Below are positions 57,525-64,000 of a stretch of DNA of 64,000 nucleotides, piece by piece. Under the pieces are notes generated by a model. That model did no database searches. It was given only the letters and a program-made list of their open reading frames with translations, and was not told the origin of the DNA. The stretch is from Chloroflexota bacterium (lineage in GTDB: Bacteria; Chloroflexota; Anaerolineae; Aggregatilineales; Phototrophicaceae): assembly GCA_011523545.1 (NCBI GenBank), contig WTGN01000013.1:80877-144876 (forward strand). Direction: 5' to 3'. The stretch's first letter is position 1; the number at the start of each line of letters is the position of its first letter. Position numbers and translations under genes: made by a program.

Positions 57525-60164
57525 ATGACTGATCGGTCGGTTCATCAAATCAACATTGAAAACGAAATGCGCGACGCCTACCTGAGTTACGCCATGAGCG
57601 TGATCGTGTCGCGCGCGCTGCCCGATGCGAGGGACGGCTTGAAGCCGGTGCATCGCCGCATTCTCTACGCCATGCACGATATGGGCGTTCACGCGAGCGG
57701 CGGTCACAAGAAGAGCGCGCGCATCGTCGGCGAAGTGTTGGGCAAGTATCACCCGCACGGGGATGGCGCCGTCTATGAAACGATGGTTAGGATGGCGCAG
57801 GATTTCTCCATGCGCTATATGCTCATCGACGGGCAGGGCAATTTCGGCAGCATTGATGGTGATGGGGCGGCGGCCATGCGTTACACGGAAGCGCGCATGG
57901 CGAATATCGGCGGCGAGCTGCTGGTTGACATCAACAAGGAGACGGTTGACTTCGTCGACAATTTCGATGGCAGCTTGCTCGAACCGTCGGTCCTGCCATC
58001 CATGATGCCCAATTTGCTGGTCAACGGCGCCTCGGGCATCGCGGTTGGTATGTCCACAAATATCCCGCCGCACAACCTGGGCGAAATTTGCGATGCGCTG
58101 GTCTACCTGCTGATGCAATGGAAGCGGCTCGACGCGGTTGGCGTCGATGAATTGATGCGCTTCGTAAAGGGGCCTGATTTTCCCACCGGCGGCGTGATCT
58201 ACCGGATGCGCGGCGAAGAAGACATGCTGCGCGCCGCTTTGGCGACCGGGCGCGGCAAGATCACGATGCGGGCCAAGGTGCATGTAGAGCAGATGGGCCG
58301 CGGCAAATCGCGCATTATCGTCAGCGAGTTGCCCTTCCAGACGAACAAGACGGCCCTGATCGAGCGCATCGCCAACCTGGTCAGCAGCGGCAAACTTGAG
58401 GGCTTGGCGGACCTGCGTGATGAATCCGACCGGCAAAATTCGGTGCGGCTGGTGATTGAGTTGCAGCGCGGCGCCAATGTGACCAAGGTGATGGGGCAGC
58501 TTTTCAAACTGACGCCGCTCCAGACGACCTTCGGCATCATCATGCTGGCGCTAGTTGACGGCCAGCCGCGCACCCTCACGCTGAAGCAGGCGCTGAGCGT
58601 GTATCTGGAGCATCGGCTGGAGGTGGTTCAGCGGCGCAGCAACTTCGATCTGGCGCGGGCGCGCGAGCGGGCTCATGTGCTGGAAGGGCTGCTCATCGCG
58701 CTGGATAATCTGGACGCGGTCATCCAGACGATACGCAAATCGCGCAACAGCGACACGGCGCGGCGCAATCTGGTGAAGAACTTCAAGGTGACCGAGATTC
58801 AAGCGGGGGCGATCCTGGAGATGCCGCTGCGGCGTTTAGCCTCGCTGGAGATCCGCAAAATCCGCGAGGAATACAAAGAAAAGAAGAAGCTCATCAAGTC
58901 GCTGGAGGATCTGCTGGCCAGCCCGCTCAAACAGCGCGAACTAATCGCCGAAGAACTGAGGAAGGTGAAGCAGGATTATAGCGACGCGCGCCGCACCATC
59001 ATCGCCGACGGCGAAGCGACCGGCCTGACGCAAGCCGACTTCCTGGCGCCGGAGTCAAAGACGGTGGTGATGTTGAGCGCGAAGGGGCATCTGGGGCGGA
59101 CAGCCTTGGATGAACCGCCGCGGGTGACCACCACGACCAAGGCGCCGCCGCGCCTGCTGCAGCACAGCAGTACATCGCAGACGCTTTATCTCTTTGCCGA
59201 TGACGGTTACTGCGCGTCATTGCCGGTGCAGCAGATTCCGCCAGTGGCCGAGGCGTCGCTGGGCACGCGCTTCAGCGATCTCTGCGCCCTTGGCAGCAAG
59301 CGCAAGATCATGTCTTTTCTGTCTCTGCCGCTGGAATTAGACGACGGCTTCATCTTGTTTGCAACGGCTGGCGGGCTAGTGAAGCGTTTGTCGCTTGGCG
59401 ATTTGCCCGGCGTGATGTCGCGCGAGTTCCGTGTCATGAAGCTGGCGGACGGCGACCGGATAATCGAAGCCCTGTACAGCGGCGGCGGGCAGGACCTGCT
59501 CTTGACATCGGCGCGCGGCTATGCGATCCGCTTCAACGAAGAAGACATCCGGCCGACAAGCATGAACTCCGGCGGCGTGCGCGGGATGCGCCTGGCGCTG
59601 AAAGGCGACCGCGTCGTGGCGGCTGCTCTGCCGGGCGACAGCGAGTACGTTTGGAGCGTCAGCAGCGACGGCATCGCCAAGGCGTCGCCGATGGATGAGT
59701 ACAAGACGCAGGGCCGCGGCGGCAGTGGCGTCATCTCAATGCGGCGCGAAGCCGGCCAGGCGGATGTGGCCGCGGCGACAGTCGGGGGCCCGGATGATGA
59801 GGCCCTGGTCTTGACCAACAAGCACAAAGCCAAGCGCGTCAGGCTGGGAACGGCCAAGACCATGAAACGAACGGGAACGGGCGGCAGCCCCGTGATCGCG
59901 CTGCGGGAAAAAGAGCGCGTTGTCGGCCTGGCTGTCTTCCGCCAGCGCATTGAGGCCAAGGGCGCCCCGGTTGAGCCGGTGTTCGTCCCGGTGGCCGAGG
60001 CGGACCAGGCGGACGAACAAATGCCGCGGCAGTATGAGATGAGCCTGGAAGAAATTGAGATGATGCTGGATGAAGCCGATGGCTTGGACGGGGCGAACAA
60101 CGGCGCTAGCGCGAACGGTTCCGGCCCCGGCGCGAGCGATGACGAGCCGCCAACTGCTCCATGA
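57525..60164 (+). CDS. gyrA: DNA gyrase subunit A (with acidic/Gly-rich C-terminal tail)
   Basis: Motifs [19 protein letters not shown] (catalytic Tyr) and the beta-pinwheel C-terminal domain repeats. Confidence 0.96.
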   Translation: MTDRSVHQINIENEMRDAYLSYAMSVIVSRALPDARDGLKPVHRRILYAMHDMGVHASGGHKKSARIVGEVLGKYHPHGDGAVYETMVRMAQDFSMRYMLIDGQGNFGSIDGDGAAAMRYTEARMANIGGELLVDINKETVDFVDNFDGSLLEPSVLPSMMPNLLVNGASGIAVGMSTNIPPHNLGEICDALVYLLMQWKRLDAVGVDELMRFVKGPDFPTGGVIYRMRGEEDMLRAALATGRGKITMRAKVHVEQMGRGKSRIIVSELPFQTNKTALIERIANLVSSGKLEGLADLRDESDRQNSVRLVIELQRGANVTKVMGQLFKLTPLQTTFGIIMLALVDGQPRTLTLKQALSVYLEHRLEVVQRRSNFDLARARERAHVLEGLLIALDNLDAVIQTIRKSRNSDTARRNLVKNFKVTEIQAGAILEMPLRRLASLEIRKIREEYKEKKKLIKSLEDLLASPLKQRELIAEELRKVKQDYSDARRTIIADGEATGLTQADFLAPESKTVVMLSAKGHLGRTALDEPPRVTTTTKAPPRLLQHSSTSQTLYLFADDGYCASLPVQQIPPVAEASLGTRFSDLCALGSKRKIMSFLSLPLELDDGFILFATAGGLVKRLSLGDLPGVMSREFRVMKLADGDRIIEALYSGGGQDLLLTSARGYAIRFNEEDIRPTSMNSGGVRGMRLALKGDRVVAAALPGDSEYVWSVSSDGIAKASPMDEYKTQGRGGSGVISMRREAGQADVAAATVGGPDDEALVLTNKHKAKRVRLGTAKTMKRTGTGGSPVIALREKERVVGLAVFRQRIEAKGAPVEPVFVPVAEADQADEQMPRQYEMSLEEIEMMLDEADGLDGANNGASANGSGPGASDDEPPTAP

Positions 60165-61221
60165 ACGCGTCATAACGCGGCGCCTGCCTGCGCCAATCAA
60201 AGCGCGCGATCTTTTCCCGCAAAGCGCTTGTGTCCACTTTGACGCGGCTGTCCAAATGATGGCGCAGTTGGGCGGTCAGCCGGCCGCGCTGATAGAGGCA
60301 GGCTGGTTTCAATTCCGCCGTCAGCAGGTCGGGATAATTGAGCCTGTCAGGCAGGATCGGCGTGCAGCCGCAATAGACCGCCTCGCAGACCGAGACGCCG
60401 AAGAATTCCTGCCAGGCGCTGCTGACCACATAATCAGCCCGCCATAGCAGCCGCGCGTAATCGGCGAATGATTCCAGGTATCCGAGCTGCACAATCCGGT
60501 CGCCCAGATGCTGCTGCGCCCGGTCGAAGCAGTTGGGCGCTTCGCCAAAGCTCTCGCCGGTGATCGCCAGCTCGAAGTCATAACCCGCCTGCGCCAGTTC
60601 GATCATGCTCTGGATGAAGGTCTCCGGGTCTTTGTCATATTGCCAGCGGTGATTCCACAAAATGAGCGGCGGCCCACTCGAATCGCTATCGCTGAAATGC
60701 GCGTCCAGCCGGCGCAGATCGATGCCCAGCGGCAATACGCTTGACTTGTCGCGTATCTCGTCGATCGTCGCCAATTCCTTGTAGTCGCCGAAATGCTTGA
60801 GCATGCGCGGCAGTTGAGCCAGAAAATCATCCAGGTGATATTGGCTGTTGAAGCAGTTGGCGTCGGCGCAAAGGGCGCTGACATAATTGATGAAGCCATA
60901 ACGCCAGCCGTGATTCTGGCGCTGGTTCTGTGGATATGACAGCTGATTCTCATGGAAATACATCGCGACCGGCACATCAGCCAGGCGCTCGCGCGTTAAG
61001 GCGCGGAAGATGGAGAGGTCGATCATGCTGGAGGCGAGCACGAGGTCCGGCCGCCCATTCAGCAGGCGGGCGAAGCTGATGGCGGCGCCTTGCATGCGCC
61101 ACTTCCAAAACTGGGCGGGCAGCGTAAGCAAGTCGATGTCGTGGCGGGAGAAGGCCCGGTAGCCGTCAGCCCAGGCTTTGTGGCTGCCGCCATAGTAGGA
61201 TTCAAGCAGGACGATGCGCAT
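60106..61221 (-). CDS. DUF3524 + GT4-type glycosyltransferase (homologue family of eukaryotic GTDC1/QTMAN tRNA-queuosine mannosyltransferase)
   Basis: The N-terminal [21 protein letters not shown] is characteristic of DUF3524, and the C-terminal half is a GT-B glycosyltransferase. It starts 14 nt after the relA stop. Assignment from memory of the family signature. Confidence 0.7.
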   Translation of the reverse strand: MRIVLLESYYGGSHKAWADGYRAFSRHDIDLLTLPAQFWKWRMQGAAISFARLLNGRPDLVLASSMIDLSIFRALTRERLADVPVAMYFHENQLSYPQNQRQNHGWRYGFINYVSALCADANCFNSQYHLDDFLAQLPRMLKHFGDYKELATIDEIRDKSSVLPLGIDLRRLDAHFSDSDSSGPPLILWNHRWQYDKDPETFIQSMIELAQAGYDFELAITGESFGEAPNCFDRAQQHLGDRIVQLGYLESFADYARLLWRADYVVSSAWQEFFGVSVCEAVYCGCTPILPDRLNYPDLLTAELKPACLYQRGRLTAQLRHHLDSRVKVDTSALREKIARFDWRRQAPRYDAFMEQLAARHRSRRGRNRSR

Positions 61222-61235
61222 GTTCTGGGCAGCGC

Positions 61236-63452
61236 TTAAGTCGTGTTGCGGCGGCGCGCCTCAACCACATTGGGCACCAGGTCGATCTTGCTGAGGATGC
61301 GCGTGAGCTGCTGATTATTGGCGATGGCAAGCTGCAAGTTCAAGGTCGCGATGTGCTGGCGCGTGCTCACCTCGACCGAGGCGATGTTCACATTTTCTTC
61401 GGCGATGATGGTGCTGATCTCGCGCAGCAGCCCTTCGCGATCGTAGGCGACGATCTCGACCGGCACCAGGTAGCGCTGTTCTTCATCTTCGCTGCCCCAG
61501 GATACATCAATCAGGCGCTCGGTCTCACGCATTGCGATCATATTGGGGCAGTCGCCGCGATGCACGGTAACGCCGCGCCCGCGCGTGATATAGCCGATGA
61601 TGCCATCGCCGGGCATGGGACCGCAGCAGCGCGCCAGATTGACCAGCAAGCCACCGGCGCCCATGATACTTACGCCCTTGGCGACGCTGGCCTTGCTCGG
61701 TTTGCCGCGCGGTTTCAGCAGCTCTTCTTCGCTGACGCTCTCGGCTGCTTTGCGCCGTTCATCCTCGAGAACGCGGTTGGTTATCTGCGAACCGGTGACA
61801 TCGCCCGCGCCGATCGCGGCCAGAAAATCTTCCGGCCTGTCATACTTGAGCAGCCGAGCGACCGAATCAAAGGTGACCTTCTCCAGCACGCCCAGGCGCT
61901 TGAGTTCCCGCTCGAGCACTTCACGACCCATGACGATGTGCTTGTCGCGGTTCTGTTTGCGCAGCCAGTGGCGAATTTTGGTGCGGGCGCGGCTGGTGAC
62001 GGCATAATCAAGGTCCGGGTTGAGCCAATCCATGCTCGGTCCGCCGCGCTTGGCGGTGAGGATCTCGACCTGATCGCCCATTTCCAGTTTGTAATTGAGC
62101 GGCATGAGGCGGCCGTTGACCTTGGCGCCGCGGCAGCGATTGCCAATATCGGTGTGGATGTGATAGGCGAAGTCGATAGGCGTCGCGCCGACCGGCAGAT
62201 CGATGATGTCCCCGTTGGGCGTCACGCTATAAACGCGATCTTGAAAAACTTCGGACTTCACGGTGTCGACGAATTGCGAGGCGTCATTGACGTCAGGGCC
62301 GAATTCCATCAAGCGGCGCAGGAACGCCAGGCGCTGTTCAAAGGCCTGGTCGCGCCCGTTGCCGCCTTCCTTGTAGCGCCAATGGGCGGCGATGCCATAT
62401 TCGGCGTCTTCGTGCATTTCCCAGGTGCGGATCTGCACTTCGACTGTTTTGCCTTCGTCATCGTGCACAGCGGTGTGCAGGCTGCGGTAGAAATTATCCT
62501 TGGGGTTGGCAATGTAGTCATCGAACTCGCCCGGGATAGGGCGCCAGAGATTGTGCACGATGCCGAGCGCGAGATAACATTCCGCCAGGGTCTCGACCAG
62601 CACGCGCATGCCGCGTACATCGTAGATCTGCTCCAGCGGAAGGTCCTTCTTGCTCATCTTGTTGTAGATGCTGTAGATATGCTTGGGCCGAGCGGTGATG
62701 GTGACCTTGGAAATGCGGCTGGCGTTCAGTTCTTTGGTCAGGCGTTCTTTGATGCGGGCGACGTAGGTTTCGCGTTCGTCGCGCCGTTCATCGAGCGCTT
62801 TGGCGATTGAGCGATACGATTCCGGATTCAGGTAGCGGAAGCTCAGATCTTCCAATTCCCATTTCATCTGCCAGATGCCAAGGCGGTTGGCGAGCGGCGC
62901 GAAGATGTCCATCGTTTCCTGCGCCACCGCCTGTTGCTTGTGCCGCGGCATATAACCGAGCGTGCGCATGTTGTGCAGGCGGTCGGCCAGCTTGACGAGC
63001 ACGACGCGCACGTCATCGCCCATGGTCAGCATGATTTTGCGGATATATTCCATCTCGCGGTTGACGGCGCTGGAGCGGCGCGTATCGGCGGCGGGCGAGA
63101 TATTCTTGATCGGCAGGTTCTTCAGCTTGGTGACGCCGTCGACAAGTTTGGCGATTGCCCCGCCGAACTCCGCCCGCAGCGCTTCAACGGTGACATCGCT
63201 GTCTTCGGCGACATCATGCAGCAGGCCGGCGGCGATGGTTTCCGCGTCCATCTTCATCTCCGCCAGGATGCTGGCGACAGCGACGCAGTGCGTGAAATAG
63301 GGCTCCCCGGACTTGCGCTTTTGGCCGCTGTGCGCGCTTTCCGCCCGCTGATAGGCGGCCGTGATGAGGTCGCTTTCGTTCGGCTTGATGTCGGGCAGGG
63401 AGTTCAGCAGGGATTCGAGGTCGCGCGAGTAGACCTTGGTTGCGGGCAACAT
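61236..63452 (-). CDS. relA: bifunctional (p)ppGpp synthetase/hydrolase RelA/SpoT (Rsh)
   Basis: HD hydrolase (HDVAEDS), synthetase (YRSLHT, EVQIRT), and TGS and ACT C-terminal domains. ATG at 63452 (TTG at 63455 also possible). Confidence 0.93.
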   Translation of the reverse strand: MLPATKVYSRDLESLLNSLPDIKPNESDLITAAYQRAESAHSGQKRKSGEPYFTHCVAVASILAEMKMDAETIAAGLLHDVAEDSDVTVEALRAEFGGAIAKLVDGVTKLKNLPIKNISPAADTRRSSAVNREMEYIRKIMLTMGDDVRVVLVKLADRLHNMRTLGYMPRHKQQAVAQETMDIFAPLANRLGIWQMKWELEDLSFRYLNPESYRSIAKALDERRDERETYVARIKERLTKELNASRISKVTITARPKHIYSIYNKMSKKDLPLEQIYDVRGMRVLVETLAECYLALGIVHNLWRPIPGEFDDYIANPKDNFYRSLHTAVHDDEGKTVEVQIRTWEMHEDAEYGIAAHWRYKEGGNGRDQAFEQRLAFLRRLMEFGPDVNDASQFVDTVKSEVFQDRVYSVTPNGDIIDLPVGATPIDFAYHIHTDIGNRCRGAKVNGRLMPLNYKLEMGDQVEILTAKRGGPSMDWLNPDLDYAVTSRARTKIRHWLRKQNRDKHIVMGREVLERELKRLGVLEKVTFDSVARLLKYDRPEDFLAAIGAGDVTGSQITNRVLEDERRKAAESVSEEELLKPRGKPSKASVAKGVSIMGAGGLLVNLARCCGPMPGDGIIGYITRGRGVTVHRGDCPNMIAMRETERLIDVSWGSEDEEQRYLVPVEIVAYDREGLLREISTIIAEENVNIASVEVSTRQHIATLNLQLAIANNQQLTRILSKIDLVPNVVEARRRNTT

Positions 63453-63529
63453 CAATCGTTCACCTGAAGAAAACTTTGAGACTAGATTAGCATATTCTGC
63501 GCCAAATGTCGCCCGCCGCAGCGCAAATC

Positions 63530-63673
63530 TGTAGGGGCGACATATTATGTCGCCCGCATTGCGCGCTCTTTTGACAAACCTCTCCCGAGAAGTCGTCTGT
63601 AGGGGCGACTCGGTGAGTCGCCCGAAATCACATCCTATCGGTACGATGGGCGATTCACAGAATCGCCCCTACA
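63530..63673. repeat. three family B REP-like hairpins (two +, one inverted)
   Basis: 63530-63555 is TGTAGGGGCGACATATTATGTCGCCC. 63598-63623 is TGTAGGGGCGACTCGGTGAGTCGCCC, identical to 13652-13677. 63648-63673 is an inverted copy. Confidence 0.85.
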
Positions 63674-63695
63674 AACCATTGCGCGGCGGAGCGCC

Positions 63696-64000
63696 TCAGC
63701 CGCTGATTTTGTGCCGCAAGTAGGCGTCGATGAAGTCATTCAGGTTGCCGTCCAGAACAGCGGTTGTATTGCCGATTTCGACGCTGGTGCGGTGGTCTTT
63801 GACCATTTGGTAGGGATGCAGCACGTAAGAGCGAATCTGATTGCCCCAGCCGGCGTCGACATTTTCACCCTTTAGTTCCGCCATTTCCGCTTCTTGCTTC
63901 GCACGTTCCATCTCGAATAGCCGCGCCTTGAGAATTTGCATGGCGCGGTCGCGATTTTGAGCTTGGCTGCGCTGGTTCTGGCATTGCACGACGATGCCGG
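63696..64000 (-). CDS. prfB: peptide chain release factor 2, C-terminal part (gene continues beyond the window)
   Basis: The QNQRSQ...NRDRAM...[22 protein letters not shown] tail is RF2-type. The frame is open to base 64000. Confidence 0.9.
   Translation of the reverse strand, partial: GIVVQCQNQRSQAQNRDRAMQILKARLFEMERAKQEAEMAELKGENVDAGWGNQIRSYVLHPYQMVKDHRTSVEIGNTTAVLDGNLNDFIDAYLRHKISG

Noticed and set aside
63696-64000. The programmed +1 frameshift site of prfB.
   Set aside because: The frameshift site lies near the 5' end of prfB, which is outside this window, so it cannot be assessed.

Overview
This is a 64-kb, high-GC (about 60% by eye) chromosomal core segment. Gene content and protein idiosyncrasies suggest a Chloroflexota-like genome, but that is inference only because no search was run. 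Family calls come from motif recognition and synteny.

About 50 protein genes are present, nearly all housekeeping:
- YqeC/MocA-like fusion, tandem-RCK K+ channel and purine nucleoside phosphorylase.
- An overlapping fabF-fabH pair, an SDR, a GNAT and proC.
- An F1-only atpAGDC cluster, then mreB, rex and a GbsR-like regulator.
- tRNA-Leu(UAG), followed by tig-clpP-clpX.
- obg-nadD, two EamA transporters and two tandem Fe/Mn SODs (one with a Tat signal).
- An aspartase/fumarase-family lyase and amt.
- Two sugar ABC loci.
- A 5xLysM L,D-transpeptidase and a 712-aa secreted repeat protein.
- An S1-domain protein, VKOR and moeA.
- A solitary rpoC, a GH-A hydrolase lipoprotein and gyrA.
- A DUF3524 glycosyltransferase, relA/spoT and the 3' part of prfB.

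I found no transposase, integrase, phage, cas, toxin-antitoxin or recognisable defence genes, and no convincing novel multi-gene protein system.

The unusual signal is non-coding:
- A GTAG-headed REP-like hairpin family has at least 16 intergenic copies, including 43-bp and 45-bp tandem arrays inside operons.
- A second, G-rich hairpin family is present.
- A conserved 19-nt core sits in the loops of both hairpin families, and one copy carries a 9-bp microsatellite expansion.

Secondary points are Rex-box-like palindromes at the rex and atp promoters, rpoC uncoupled from rpoB, and a relA-linked homologue of the eukaryotic Q-tRNA mannosyltransferase family.
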